64,000 nt of DNA, taken from positions 42 to 64,041 of the forward strand of contig JAWOIF010000185.1 in the NCBI GenBank assembly GCA_046484805.1, in the 5' to 3' direction. Each line of letters opens with the position of its first letter. The stretch's first letter is position 1. The notes beneath the pieces are model-generated. The model ran no database searches. It worked only from the letters and a program-made list of their open reading frames with translations, and was not told the DNA's origin. The position numbers were made by a program, and so were the translations under genes. Source of the stretch: Bacteroidales bacterium. GTDB taxonomy: Bacteria; Bacteroidota; Bacteroidia; Bacteroidales; VadinHA17. Positions 1-10,806 of the stretch are shown one piece after another.

Positions 1-2828
1 AACCTGCTTGATGTTTCATCACTCTGTGTGCCGTTATTGTAGACAAATCTGGGCACATCGGTTTCATCACCAGGGTTCTGCCATGAATCAAGAACATCCT
101 TATTGAGCTGGTATCCCAGTCGCTTTCCATCATTCATTGTCGTCTGCTTAAGGCTGTTGTAAACCTTGCCGCCGACACTCCAGTAAAACTGGAATGAGAA
201 ATTAAAGTCCTTCATGATAATGAAGGTATTGGTCAGAGCGCCGTAGAAATCGGGAACTGACTGACCAAGCTCGTAACGGGTGGCCTGTGAATATGTATCT
301 GTTGTCTCCCTGTCGGTTACATTGCCTTCACCATCAGTAATATCCCTGTACCACAGAGCTCTTCCGTTTGTGGGATCAACACCAGCGTACTCTCTCAGAT
401 ACCATGTATACAGGCTGTTGCCGACAACCCATCTCTTTGTTCCTGAAATAATCTCTTCCTGTGAAAGGGCTGTGATCTCATTCGTGAACTTGGTGAAGTT
501 AAGATCGGTCAGCCATACGAGATTCGATGACTCATAATTGGTTGAATGAAGCTCAATCTCAAAGCCCCTATTCTTCAATCCACCCACGTTTGAAAGGATA
601 CTTGTGAAGCCTGTTGAGGGAGGCAGGGGTTTGTTCTGCAAAAGATCGTCTGAGAGCCTGTCAAAATATTCAAAACTTCCACGGAATTTTCCGAAGATAC
701 CAAAGTCAAATCCGACGTTCATAATCTTGTTCTTCTCCCATCTCAGGTCGTAGTTTGGCAGACGGTTATGCGTCATACCTATATTGCCATCATAAACAGA
801 CCCCAACGCGAAGGTTGGAAGGTAAGCATAGGGAGGTACTGCCTGATTACCATTCGTTCCGTAGCTAAACCTTACTTTAAGGTCATCAAGCCAACCTACT
901 CCTGCGAGAAAATCCTCCTGGTTGATCCTCCATGAGGCACTTGCTGACCAGAAATCAGCCCAGCGAACTCTCGGACCAAATCTTGATGAACCGTCGCGCC
1001 TGTAAGAGGCTGATAAATAATACTTATCCATCAGGCTGTAGTTGATACGGCTGAAATAGGAGATCATTGAAGTCTCTGTAGTCGTTGACTCGGGAGTACC
1101 AAATGGCTCAGCTGCTATATTGAATTCATCAGAGAATGGAATATCAAAGCCTCTTGCATAGGCAGTCATACCCTTCCTGATATAGTACTCGGTTTCATAA
1201 CCTCCCAGTATACCAATCTGATGACTTCCAAAAACTTTGTCATAGTTAACCGTGGTAGATGTAAAATATGTACGTATATCCTCTGAAGATTTTGTCGAAC
1301 TGCCTTTATAAGCCTTACCGTCACCATGGAACGGATTGCGGAATGAATCTGAATTCTCGTTGGAAACCCTTCCGCTGATCTTTGTATCGAAAACAAACCC
1401 TTCAAATATTTGCCAGTTCAGATTGAACGAGTTGAAGACATTCGTCGACCTGTGACCACGCGGGTCAAGTTCATTCTGTGCTATAGGGTTATAGTCCTTC
1501 GAAACAAGGTTGTTCCAGTTCCAGACATAATAACCATCATCACCTATAACCGGCTGGAAGTTCTCATCCAGTGCATAAAGAGGAACATTATTGGGATAGG
1601 TATAAGCTGCATACCCGGTACCAGAACCATTGGTAATATCCTTAACGGTATTTCCCATCTGGTGTCTTAGGGTTGAAGTATAACCTACAGTAATATTCTT
1701 GTTGATCTGTGTTGTTACATTAATGTGACCCATGAGTCTCTTAACTTCATCAGGTACAGTAATGGCCTTCTGATCAAAATAGGTTCCCGAGAAGTAGAAG
1801 CGTGTGCTTCCGTCTCCTCCCGATGCTGTTAAGTTATGCTCTGAGATCTGACCTGTCCTGTGTGCCAGATCAAACCAGCTCTGGTCAAACATCAGTTGTG
1901 CTTCAGGCCTCAGATTACCGCTATTATCGAACGGCTGCGCGATGTTAAACGGATTCTTACCTGCAAGAATAACCAGATTGTCATGTGCATACGCTGCAGG
2001 GTCGGCTTCGCCCTGATCAACGGCATAGTTGTATATCCCCTGCCATGACTTCTGCATGAATTCCGAAGCATTAAGCATTTCAAACTTGTTGGTAGTCATG
2101 GTCGAGATACTCTGTTTCCCGAGATAGGTGAACCTGGGCTTGCCCTGAACCCCCTTCTTCGTAGTAACGACAATAACACCATTGGCAGCCCTCGAACCGT
2201 ACAATGAAGCCGCAGCAGCATCCTTAAGAACTGTAACAGACTCAATGTCGTTCAGGTTAGGAACCGAGGCTCCGACAATACCGTCAACAACCCAAAGCGG
2301 ATTGGCGTCGGCAGTAATAGAACCAATACCCCTGATCCTTATTATCGGATCAGCATTGGAAGCACTGTTAGAGTTGACCACATGAACACCGGTTGCATTG
2401 GCCTGCAGTGCCTTCACTATTGAAGTCGTCGGTGTTCTTGCAAGCTTCTCTGAACTTACAACCGCCGCTGAGCCTGTATAGGTCTCCTTTCTGGTAGTTC
2501 CGTAGGCAACAACAACTACTTCATCAACACCCAGGAAGTCAGGCTCCATAACAATATCATAAACATTGTCCGATCCTACCGTTACCTCGGCGGTTTTCAT
2601 ACCTACATACCTGACAACCAAAACTGATCCTTCAGAAACAGTAATGGTGAACTGCCCCTCAAGATTGGTCGCAACACCTGTCAGCGATCCCTTGATCTGA
2701 ACCGTGGCACCAATGATGGGCAAACCATCATCAGAACCTGTAACAGTTCCTGTAACGGTCTTCTGCTGGGCATTCAATGCCAGCGCCAGACCGCAAAAAA
2801 CAAAAATAAACATTAATAGTTTTCTCAT
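1..2828 (-). CDS. SusC/RagA-family TonB-dependent outer-membrane receptor (C-terminus runs off the window start)
   Basis: The minus-strand frame is open from the window edge to the ATG at 2826-2828. It is absent from the ORF track because no stop lies in the window. My translation starts MRKLLMFIFVFCGLALALNAQQKTVTGTVTGSDDGLPIIGATVQIKGS (signal peptide plus CarboxypepD_reg-like domain). It continues with plug-domain motifs VVVVAYGTTRKETYTGS and IESVTVLKDAAAASLYGSRAANGVIVVTTKKG. Confidence 0.85.
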   Translation of the reverse strand, partial: MRKLLMFIFVFCGLALALNAQQKTVTGTVTGSDDGLPIIGATVQIKGSLTGVATNLEGQFTITVSEGSVLVVRYVGMKTAEVTVGSDNVYDIVMEPDFLGVDEVVVVAYGTTRKETYTGSAAVVSSEKLARTPTTSIVKALQANATGVHVVNSNSASNADPIIRIRGIGSITADANPLWVVDGIVGASVPNLNDIESVTVLKDAAAASLYGSRAANGVIVVTTKKGVQGKPRFTYLGKQSISTMTTNKFEMLNASEFMQKSWQGIYNYAVDQGEADPAAYAHDNLVILAGKNPFNIAQPFDNSGNLRPEAQLMFDQSWFDLAHRTGQISEHNLTASGGDGSTRFYFSGTYFDQKAITVPDEVKRLMGHINVTTQINKNITVGYTSTLRHQMGNTVKDITNGSGTGYAAYTYPNNVPLYALDENFQPVIGDDGYYVWNWNNLVSKDYNPIAQNELDPRGHRSTNVFNSFNLNWQIFEGFVFDTKISGRVSNENSDSFRNPFHGDGKAYKGSSTKSSEDIRTYFTSTTVNYDKVFGSHQIGILGGYETEYYIRKGMTAYARGFDIPFSDEFNIAAEPFGTPESTTTETSMISYFSRINYSLMDKYYLSASYRRDGSSRFGPRVRWADFWSASASWRINQEDFLAGVGWLDDLKVRFSYGTNGNQAVPPYAYLPTFALGSVYDGNIGMTHNRLPNYDLRWEKNKIMNVGFDFGIFGKFRGSFEYFDRLSDDLLQNKPLPPSTGFTSILSNVGGLKNRGFEIELHSTNYESSNLVWLTDLNFTKFTNEITALSQEEIISGTKRWVVGNSLYTWYLREYAGVDPTNGRALWYRDITDGEGNVTDRETTDTYSQATRYELGQSVPDFYGALTNTFIIMKDFNFSFQFYWSVGGKVYNSLKQTTMNDGKRLGYQLNKDVLDSWQNPGDETDVPRFVYNNGTQSDETSSR

Positions 2829-3031
2829 AACATCTGGATTAGGTTAATGAATACTATAAAAATAGGGAATGAATTGATTTCAACAAACATAGGTGATATT
2901 AAAACAAATTCTCAATATAGTTAGATAGTTAGAAGTGAGTCTACAAAGATAAACTTATTTTAACATTCTCATACAGGTTCGTTTTTTTTCAACAATCGTA
3001 AGGTTTAAAATTTCCCGACAGCTTTTTAAAT

Positions 3032-3039
3032 TATTTTTG
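3032..3039 (+). promoter_or_regulatory. Bacteroidota -7 promoter box (TATTTTTG) upstream of dnaE
   Basis: Exact match to the TAnnTTTG -7 consensus of the Bacteroidetes primary sigma factor, 40 nt upstream of the dnaE ATG. Confidence 0.45.
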
Positions 3040-3078
3040 CAGTGACCCTTTTTCTCGTTTCAATAATCATAAGTCTTT

Positions 3079-6000
3079 ATGGCTGGTTTTACACATTTAC
3101 ATCTGCATACCCAATACTCCATTCTGGATGGCGCTTCTGAAATCAGGTCTCTTGTAAGAAGGGCCGGGGAGCTTGGAATGGAAGCACTGGCAATTACTGA
3201 CCATGGCAATATGTTTGGCGTTAAAGAATTCCACAACACTGCCACAGGGGCAGGAATAAAACCGATTATTGGCTGTGAGATGTATGTTGCCAGAAGACCA
3301 ATAGGAGAGACATCAGGTAAGGAGGACAGATCGGGGCATCACCTTATTCTGCTGGCAAAGAATCTTAAAGGCTACCATAACCTGGTTAAACTCGTATCGA
3401 TAGGCTACACAAAAGGATTCTACTATAAACCCCGCATCGACAAGGAATTACTTAAAGAATACAGGGAGGGACTGATCGCTACATCAGCCTGCATAGCCGG
3501 TGAAATAGCTGATGAGATACTTCGTGAAAACCCTGCGGGGGCAGAAAAAGCACTGGAATCATATATCGACATCTTTGGTGAAGACTTCTACCTCGAAATT
3601 CAGAGGCATGAGACTAATGACCCCACAGCCGATAGCACGGTATTCCCGATGCAACAGAAGGTCATCAGCCACTTCAGAGATCTGGCCTCAAAATTCAACG
3701 TGAAGATAGTAACTTCGAATGATGTACATTTTATACATAAGGAAGAGGCCGACGCACACGACATACTAATATGTATTAACACTGCCAGTGATTACGACGA
3801 CCCGAAGCGACTCAGATATACAAAGGAGGAATACCTTAAGAGCGAGGAGGAGATGAGGCATATCTTCAGCGATATTCCCGAAGCTGTCGATAATGTTGCC
3901 GAAATTGCAGGAAAGATAGAGACTTACACCCTCGAACATGAGCCGATAATGCCCGAGTTCGAGATACCTGAAGGTTACAGCGACAAGGATGAATATCTGC
4001 GTAATCTGACCCTCGAAGGGGCCAGGGAAAGATGGGGAGAAATAGGTTCTGAACTAAAGGAAAGGATCGATTTTGAGCTTGACACTATCGCTTCAATGGG
4101 ATTTCCGGGATATTTTCTGATCGTTCAGGATATTCTGAGGGAAGCACGCGAAATGAACGTTTCAGTCGGTCCCGGAAGAGGTTCAGCCGCCGGCTCAGTA
4201 GTTGCCTACTGCCTGAAAATAACCGATATAGACCCTATAAAATATGGCTTGCTGTTTGAGCGATTCCTGAACCCTGACAGGATATCAATGCCCGATATCG
4301 ACATCGACTTCGATGAAGACGGCCGCGAAGAGGTATTGAGATATGTTGTCAATAAATATGGTCACGATAAGGTTGCTCATATAATCACTTTCGGCACCAT
4401 GGCATCAAAGATGGCAATCAGAGATGTTGCCAGGGTACTCAAACTGCCACTGCCCGATGCCGACAGGCTTGCCAAACTGGTTCCCGAAAAACAGAAGATA
4501 AGCCTTAAGGAAGCCTACGAGGAATCACCCGAACTGGCAAGAGAGAGAAATTCGGAAAATGAACTCGTCGCCAGAACCCTGAGGTTCGCTGAAATACTCG
4601 AAGGATCAGTGAGACAAACCGGTGTCCATGCCTGTGGCATTATAATTGGCCGTGAAAAACTCGACGAACACATACCAATATGTACGGCCAAAGAGACAGA
4701 ACTATATGCAACACAGTATGATGGTGTTCATGTTGAGTCTGTCGGACTGCTCAAGATGGATTTCCTCGGCCTTAAGACCCTGTCTATCATAAAAGATGCG
4801 CTGGTCAACATAAAAAAATCAGCCGGTATTGAAATTGATATCAATACAATTCCTCCCGAAGACAAAAAGACCTTTGAACTCTTCAGTAATGGTGAAACCA
4901 CCGGTCTCTTCCAGTTTGAATCGACCGGCATGAAGAGATACCTTCGCGAACTCAGGCCCAACAGGTTCGAAGACCTCATTGCAATGAATGCCCTGTACCG
5001 GCCGGGGCCCATGGAGTACATCCCTAAGTTCATACGGAGAAAACATGGCGAGGAGAAAATTGATTACGAACTTCCGGTGATGGAGAAATACCTTGATGAC
5101 ACCTATGGTATAACTGTCTATCAGGAGCAGGTGATGCTGCTGTCACAGGAACTGGCAGGTTTCACCAAAGGTCAGGCCGACTCGCTCAGAAAGGCCATGG
5201 GCAAAAAGAAGCGCGATATCATGGACCAGATGAAGGTTCGCTTCTTTGAAGGGTGCCAGAAGAGGGGTCACTCTCAGGTAATTGCCGAGAAGATATGGAC
5301 CGACTGGGAAGCATTTGCCGAGTATGCTTTCAACAAATCGCACTCTACCTGCTACGCTTTGATCGCTTATCAGACAGGTTACCTTAAAGCCAATTATCCG
5401 GCTGAATACATGGCCGCCGTACTGAGCCGCAACCTGAGCGATATAAAGAAGATCACCATTTTCATGGATGAGACCAGGAGAATGGGTATTGAGGTACTCG
5501 GTCCCGACATCAACGAAAGCGAGTTCCATTTTACAGTCAACAAGAAAGGAAACATCAGGTTCGGTCTGGGTGCAATAAAGGGCGTGGGAGAGAGCGCGGT
5601 GGCCCAGCTGCTGGAAGAACGAACCGCAAACGGCCCCTTCACCGATATCTATAATCTGGTTGAAAGGGTAAACCTCAACTCACTGAACAAGAAAACCCTC
5701 GAGGCAATGGCAGTGGCCGGTGTATTTGACTGTTTTGAGGGAACCAACAGGGCTCAGTACTTTGCACCCGACTCAAGGGGAAACAGCTTTATCGAAAACC
5801 TGATAAGATTCGGGAACAGTATCAAGGAGCTTCGCAAAAGCACACAGCAATCACTCTTCGGAGAAGAAGGAGGTTTTGACATTGTAAGGCCTGAGCCGAC
5901 GGAATCTCCTGACTGGCCCAAGCTTGAAAAGCTAAACCGCGAAAAGGAAGTTATCGGTATCTACCTCTCTTCACACCCCCTCGATGATTTCAGGCTTGAA

Positions 6001-6561
6001 ATGGAGTCTTTCTGCTCCACTACACTATCTGAACTGCAAGGCCTTAAAGAGTATGCCGACAGGGAAGTCACAGTTGCCGGAATAGTCACGGAAATAAGAA
6101 GCGGCATAAGTAAAAACGGAAAACCATACGGTACATTTACCCTGCAGGATTATACCGATTCATTCAGGTTTATGCTGTTTGACAAAGACTATATTGAAAA
6201 CAGTAAGTATCTCAACACAGGGTATTACCTTCTGGTGAAGGGTAAAATACAGAAGAGACAGTACAACGATGAGTATGATGTCAGAATCAAGACAATACAC
6301 CTTCTAACGAGCGTCAGGGAAGATCTGATAGGATCAATAACCATCAAGGCCCGCTCAGAAGATATAACAACAGAAGCCGTGAGTGAACTCTCCCGCATAA
6401 TACGTGAAAACAAGGGGAAGACCGAATTGAAGATACAGATAAGCGAACCTGCTGAAAAAATAAGGTTTAAAATGTTCTCACGCTCAACCAGAGTACAACT
6501 GACTAATGACTTTATCTCTTTTCTTGACGACCATCCCACATTTGAGTATAAAGTAAATTAG
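3079..6561 (+). CDS. dnaE: DNA polymerase III alpha subunit
   Basis: 1160-aa ORF with an N-terminal PHP domain (HLHLHTQYSILDGA) and polymerase core motifs (GPGRGSAAGS, PDIDIDFDE). Length and architecture are typical of full-length DnaE. Confidence 0.97.
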   Translation: MAGFTHLHLHTQYSILDGASEIRSLVRRAGELGMEALAITDHGNMFGVKEFHNTATGAGIKPIIGCEMYVARRPIGETSGKEDRSGHHLILLAKNLKGYHNLVKLVSIGYTKGFYYKPRIDKELLKEYREGLIATSACIAGEIADEILRENPAGAEKALESYIDIFGEDFYLEIQRHETNDPTADSTVFPMQQKVISHFRDLASKFNVKIVTSNDVHFIHKEEADAHDILICINTASDYDDPKRLRYTKEEYLKSEEEMRHIFSDIPEAVDNVAEIAGKIETYTLEHEPIMPEFEIPEGYSDKDEYLRNLTLEGARERWGEIGSELKERIDFELDTIASMGFPGYFLIVQDILREAREMNVSVGPGRGSAAGSVVAYCLKITDIDPIKYGLLFERFLNPDRISMPDIDIDFDEDGREEVLRYVVNKYGHDKVAHIITFGTMASKMAIRDVARVLKLPLPDADRLAKLVPEKQKISLKEAYEESPELARERNSENELVARTLRFAEILEGSVRQTGVHACGIIIGREKLDEHIPICTAKETELYATQYDGVHVESVGLLKMDFLGLKTLSIIKDALVNIKKSAGIEIDINTIPPEDKKTFELFSNGETTGLFQFESTGMKRYLRELRPNRFEDLIAMNALYRPGPMEYIPKFIRRKHGEEKIDYELPVMEKYLDDTYGITVYQEQVMLLSQELAGFTKGQADSLRKAMGKKKRDIMDQMKVRFFEGCQKRGHSQVIAEKIWTDWEAFAEYAFNKSHSTCYALIAYQTGYLKANYPAEYMAAVLSRNLSDIKKITIFMDETRRMGIEVLGPDINESEFHFTVNKKGNIRFGLGAIKGVGESAVAQLLEERTANGPFTDIYNLVERVNLNSLNKKTLEAMAVAGVFDCFEGTNRAQYFAPDSRGNSFIENLIRFGNSIKELRKSTQQSLFGEEGGFDIVRPEPTESPDWPKLEKLNREKEVIGIYLSSHPLDDFRLEMESFCSTTLSELQGLKEYADREVTVAGIVTEIRSGISKNGKPYGTFTLQDYTDSFRFMLFDKDYIENSKYLNTGYYLLVKGKIQKRQYNDEYDVRIKTIHLLTSVREDLIGSITIKARSEDITTEAVSELSRIIRENKGKTELKIQISEPAEKIRFKMFSRSTRVQLTNDFISFLDDHPTFEYKVN

Positions 6562-6562
6562 C

Positions 6563-6570
6563 TATATTTG
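6563..6570 (+). promoter_or_regulatory. -7 promoter box (TATATTTG) upstream of trxA
   Basis: TAnnTTTG match 46 nt upstream of the trxA ATG. Confidence 0.45.
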
Positions 6571-6615
6571 ACCCCGCCGAACAATCAGAAAATTTAATCA
6601 ATAAAAATTAATGGT

Positions 6616-6933
6616 ATGGCACTGGAAGTAAATGACAGCAACTTCGACGAAATAGTACTTAAGGCAGACAAACCGGTACTTGTCGATTTCTGGGCAGAAT
6701 GGTGTGGCCCTTGTCGTGTAATAGCACCTTATATTGAAGAGATAGGTAAGGAATTTGAAGGTAAAGCGCTGGTTGTCAAATGCGATGTGGATACAAGCTC
6801 CGGCGTCGCAGCGCGGTTCGGGATCAGGAATATTCCCACCGTACTCTTCTTCAAGAATGGAGAGGTGGCTGATAAACAGGTCGGAGCTGTTGCAAAGTCG
6901 AGCTTTGCAGACAAGCTATCAGCTCTGCTTTAA
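6616..6933 (+). CDS. trxA: thioredoxin
   Basis: 105 aa with the WCGPC active site and typical thioredoxin length. Confidence 0.95.
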   Translation: MALEVNDSNFDEIVLKADKPVLVDFWAEWCGPCRVIAPYIEEIGKEFEGKALVVKCDVDTSSGVAARFGIRNIPTVLFFKNGEVADKQVGAVAKSSFADKLSALL

Positions 6934-6995
6934 CACCGGAACCCCACAGCCCGGGTGCTACCATTCCAGCCCAAATGTAAATTTTACCGCCGGTA

Positions 6996-7571
6996 ATGAA
7001 GATATGTGTCTTTGCATCATCGAGCAGCCTGCTCCATGAAATGTACATTAATTGCGCAGTTGAACTCGGAAGTCTTATGGCCTCTGAAGGTTTTGAGATA
7101 ATCTACGGCGGGGGCGGGACAGGTCTGATGGCCAGATTGGCTGATTCGGCGCTCACATCAGGAGGAAAGGTAACCGGAGTGATACCCGGCTTCATGCAGG
7201 ATGAGGGATGGGGACACAAGGCTGTCTCTGAAATGATAATTACCGACGACATGCACAACAGGAAGAAAACCATGTTCGATCTGTCTGATGCAGTAGTCGC
7301 CCTGCCAGGAGGAATAGGAACACTGGAGGAACTTACCGAAGCCATCACACTAAAACAACTTGGAATATACAACGGACCGGTAGTTATCCTCAATACCCTC
7401 GGTTTCTATGACCTCTTCCTGAAAATGCTGGAAAAGATGGTATCGGAGAATTTTCTGCTTCCGCAGCATCGTGACATATACACCGTAGCTGCTACACCCC
7501 ATGATGTCATATCGCAGATAAAAAACTACAGGGGATGGATATCCAACCCCCGTGGTATAGCAAAGATCTGA
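6996..7571 (+). CDS. LOG-family (TIGR00730) nucleotide 5'-monophosphate phosphoribohydrolase
   Basis: 191 aa with the GGGxTGLM (YGGGGTGLM) and PGGxGTxxE (LPGGIGTLEE) motifs of the LOG / lysine-decarboxylase-like family. Confidence 0.88.
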   Translation: MKICVFASSSSLLHEMYINCAVELGSLMASEGFEIIYGGGGTGLMARLADSALTSGGKVTGVIPGFMQDEGWGHKAVSEMIITDDMHNRKKTMFDLSDAVVALPGGIGTLEELTEAITLKQLGIYNGPVVILNTLGFYDLFLKMLEKMVSENFLLPQHRDIYTVAATPHDVISQIKNYRGWISNPRGIAKI

Positions 7572-7581
7572 AAAAAACCGG

Positions 7582-10500
7582 TCAGATTATTCTGCAACCA
7601 ATTATCAGAATGTCATCAACCTGCGGAAGGTCTCCTTTCCATGAAAGCATCTCGGCATCGAGCCTGCACTTCTGTTCAGCAACAGGCATATCTGATATTT
7701 CTGTAAGTAACTTCTTGAAAGCGGCACTTTTATATTTACCTCCGTCCGGCCCGCCAAACTGATCGGCAAAGCCATCAGAGCTTAGATAGATCATATCGCC
7801 TGATGCAATGTTAACATCAATATTTTTAAATTTCTTCTTCTCCTGTACTGTTGACATCCCTATCGGGAACCTGTCGGCTTTATAAACCGTGATCTCACGT
7901 TTTCTTACTACATAGAGAGGATTATAGGCTCCGGCAAATTCCATGGTGCGCTTCTTCTTGTTCAATGCAATCAGGGAAAGGTCCATTCCGTCGTTAATTG
8001 TTGTCTCGTGCCTTGCAAGAAGCGCCTTGACAACCTCATTGTTCAATTGATCGAGTATGGCGGAAGGTTTTATCAGTTCATATTCCCTGACTATCTTGTT
8101 CAGTGAGTTATGTCCGATGATCGACATGAAGGCACCCGGAACGCCATGCCCCGTACAATCGACAGCCGCAATGAACATATAATCACCGTTATCATGCATC
8201 CAGTAAAAGTCCCCACTGACGATATCCTTAGGTCTGAAGAAAATAAATGTCTCAGGGAACAGGTCATCAGGAGGCAGCATTGCCCTCTGAATCCTCTCGG
8301 CATACCTTATACTTGCCGTAATGTCACGGTTCTTCTCCTCGATAATCTGGCTCTTCTGAACAACCTCTGCGGTTCTTTCCTTTACCTTCGCCTCGAGTAT
8401 CTTCTTCTCCCTGACAAGATTCATCTCCCGTATTTTTATATACATCGCCGTAATGGCAAAGGCAGCTATCACCATCAGTATGATGAACCATGACGCCTTG
8501 TAAAACGGAGGCCTGATCACAAACGAGAACGAAACCGGGTCCTCATCCCAGTATCCACTGCTGTTTGAAGCCTTGACCCTGAAGGTATACTGTCCCGGTG
8601 CGAGGGAAGGATAATAGGCTGTTGTCTGAGTTGTTACAGGCCTCCATGTCTTCTCTACGCCCTCAAGCATAACCATGTATCCGACTGCATCAGGATTTGT
8701 TATACAGACGCTGTAATAATCAAACGATATGGTGTTTTCCCTGTAACCCAGTCTGAGGCCTTCATTCATCTCAACAGGCTTCCTGTTTACCGTCATCTGG
8801 CTAAGGTGGGTCATTGGAGTGGTGTTAACCGGAGGAAAATCTCCCGGGTCGATAACAGTCGCACCATTGGTTGTGCCAAACCATAGTCGCCCCTGCCTGT
8901 CTTTGAATGCCCCGTTGGGAGTGGCCTCAATGCCTATAAATCCGTTTCGGCGTGTAAAGGTAGCTATCGTGCCTTCAGTTATATGATATCTGTTAAGGCC
9001 GCGGTTTGTTCCTATATACATATATTCGCCGTCAGCCAGAAGCTGCTTTATATTGTTGGAAAGCAAACCTTCATTGTAGGTCAGCTTAAAATCTACCGTG
9101 TCATTCATAAGTACAATCAGGCCACTCTCGGTACCTACCCAGATCCTGCCATCGGGCGTCTCGGTAATCGTTCTTGGCTTGTATTCATACCCCAAATCAA
9201 TGATACTGAATTCTCCCTTCTCAGGGTCGTCACGGGGAGTATGCTTTGTGAGGCCGATGCTGTTCTCCGAACCTACCCAGATATTACCTCTGCTATCACT
9301 GAACAAAACAGTGATAAGATTACCTGCAAGGCCCGCACCACTATTGTACTGGTATCCTGTAAGCTCTTCAGGATCCCACAGCCAGGCACCATCAATTGAT
9401 GTTCCAACCCAAATCCGGTCCCTGTTGTCAACTGTCAGGGCCCTTGTTCTTCTGTCATGCTGGGAAGTTGGCCAGATAAGCCTTGAATTCAGGAATGAAT
9501 CCCAATGGAACTTCCGGCTCGCGGGATTGTACACTGATACCCCCATTTCGTCTGTCCCTACCCATACTAACCCTTTGCTGTCAGGTACCAGAAACCGTAT
9601 ATTTTCACCTGTCCCATAGTTGGTAGAATACCTGTTGTGAAGGGCAACCGGCCTCATCCCCTCCTTCGGATTGATCACCGTAATACCCGTGTTCGAAGCC
9701 AGCCATATATTGCCCGACGGCTCTTCCCAGATTGAATTAACGGTCTTTCCTGCAGGAATATCGTCTCCTGCAATGGTAAAGATATGGTCTCCCTTGTAGA
9801 TACTAAACCCTTCTGCATAGTCTGTAATGAACATATTCTTCTCATTATCTTCCATAAGGGAGAGGATGTTCATAGCCGATAATCCATTGGTGTTGTCGTA
9901 GTTTCTGATCTGGTCACCTGAAAATACTGACACTCCTCCGCCTTCCCAGGTTCCTGCCCATATGTCTCCCCGGTAATCCTCTATCAGGCAAGTGACAAAG
10001 TTTCGCGCCAGACCATCACGCCTGTCAAAGACCTTTAGATCACCGTTATCTTTATGGATCCTGTACAGCCCCCCATACTGAGTGCCAAACCAGAAATACC
10101 CGCGAGTATCCTCCAGCATACATGTAAACTGCCACTCCCTTGTCAGCCCTTGAAGGCTGAATGGTTCAAACCGGTCAGTTTCAGGATTGAAGACCGCTAT
10201 TCCCTTTATATCGGTAATAGCATAGTAATTACCCTGCAGGTCGATATATGAACCTGGTACAATATCGCTGAGCCCCTCACTTCCATGGTACTGCTTACCA
10301 ATAAGGAGGGTATCACCTGCATCGGGAAAATTAATACGCATTGCCCCGTTCAGCCATGTTGTAACCCAGAGATAAGGACCATTCTGCCTTATGCTGGTGA
10401 TATCGCTTTGGATATGACCGTCATCAAATTCAGCTTTGATAAACTTATGTCCGTCAAAATAGCTGATACCCCCGTTAAGATGTCCAAACCATATCCTGCC

Positions 10501-10800
10501 AAGAGTGTCCTCGCACATCGAGCGTACACCATCAGGAGCAAGACCATTTTCGACATTGTAGTTCTCTATCTTCGATCCATCGAACCTTGAAAGCCCTATA
10601 TCCGTCCCCAGCCAGATGAAGTCTCTGGAATCCTGCAGCGACACAAACACCCTGGAAGTGTTAAGGTTCTGCTCGGGGCCATACTTCTCAAAATACCAGG
10701 TTTGTGAAATGGTCGCCTGAGCAATGGCTGAAAAAAAGAAGATCACCAGGAGCATATTCCTGATGATCCCCCTTAAATTGTAAAAATCAGCATGTATCAT
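7582..10800 (-). CDS. membrane sensor: 2x seven-bladed Reg_prop beta-propellers + Y_Y_Y domain + TM + PP2C/SpoIIE phosphatase
   Basis: 1072 aa. About 14 blade motifs are present (IWLGTDIGLSRFDG, FWFGTQYGGLYRI, VWVGTDEMGVSVYNP, LWFGTTNGATVIDP and others). A Y_Y_Y-type Ig domain follows (ISFDYYSV...YTFRVKASN), then one TM helix (WFIILMVIAAFAITAMYI) and a coiled coil. The SpoIIE/PP2C domain carries SGDFYW, VDCTGHGVPGAFMS, DGMDLSL and SSDGFADQFG. An alternative start lies at M16 (10755). Confidence 0.85.
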   Translation of the reverse strand: MIHADFYNLRGIIRNMLLVIFFFSAIAQATISQTWYFEKYGPEQNLNTSRVFVSLQDSRDFIWLGTDIGLSRFDGSKIENYNVENGLAPDGVRSMCEDTLGRIWFGHLNGGISYFDGHKFIKAEFDDGHIQSDITSIRQNGPYLWVTTWLNGAMRINFPDAGDTLLIGKQYHGSEGLSDIVPGSYIDLQGNYYAITDIKGIAVFNPETDRFEPFSLQGLTREWQFTCMLEDTRGYFWFGTQYGGLYRIHKDNGDLKVFDRRDGLARNFVTCLIEDYRGDIWAGTWEGGGVSVFSGDQIRNYDNTNGLSAMNILSLMEDNEKNMFITDYAEGFSIYKGDHIFTIAGDDIPAGKTVNSIWEEPSGNIWLASNTGITVINPKEGMRPVALHNRYSTNYGTGENIRFLVPDSKGLVWVGTDEMGVSVYNPASRKFHWDSFLNSRLIWPTSQHDRRTRALTVDNRDRIWVGTSIDGAWLWDPEELTGYQYNSGAGLAGNLITVLFSDSRGNIWVGSENSIGLTKHTPRDDPEKGEFSIIDLGYEYKPRTITETPDGRIWVGTESGLIVLMNDTVDFKLTYNEGLLSNNIKQLLADGEYMYIGTNRGLNRYHITEGTIATFTRRNGFIGIEATPNGAFKDRQGRLWFGTTNGATVIDPGDFPPVNTTPMTHLSQMTVNRKPVEMNEGLRLGYRENTISFDYYSVCITNPDAVGYMVMLEGVEKTWRPVTTQTTAYYPSLAPGQYTFRVKASNSSGYWDEDPVSFSFVIRPPFYKASWFIILMVIAAFAITAMYIKIREMNLVREKKILEAKVKERTAEVVQKSQIIEEKNRDITASIRYAERIQRAMLPPDDLFPETFIFFRPKDIVSGDFYWMHDNGDYMFIAAVDCTGHGVPGAFMSIIGHNSLNKIVREYELIKPSAILDQLNNEVVKALLARHETTINDGMDLSLIALNKKKRTMEFAGAYNPLYVVRKREITVYKADRFPIGMSTVQEKKKFKNIDVNIASGDMIYLSSDGFADQFGGPDGGKYKSAAFKKLLTEISDMPVAEQKCRLDAEMLSWKGDLPQVDDILIIGCRII

Positions 10801-10806
10801 TATGAT

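Noticed and set aside
7569-7584. Convergent LOG and PP2C-sensor genes with only 10 nt between their stop codons, around an ACCGGT palindrome.
   Set aside because: This is probably just tight packing. The stem is too short to call a bidirectional terminator, and nothing further can be inferred from the sequence alone.
8110-10590. Several 100-170-aa plus-strand ORFs (8110-8493, 8983-9399, 9098-9619, 10285-10590).
   Set aside because: They lie entirely antisense within the well-supported PP2C sensor CDS and are shadow ORFs. The same applies to the antisense ORFs inside mutB (17324-17890), mutA (19515-19910), the gene at 16066-16551 (16082-16525), TauE (49567-49971), anSME (38257-39126) and others.
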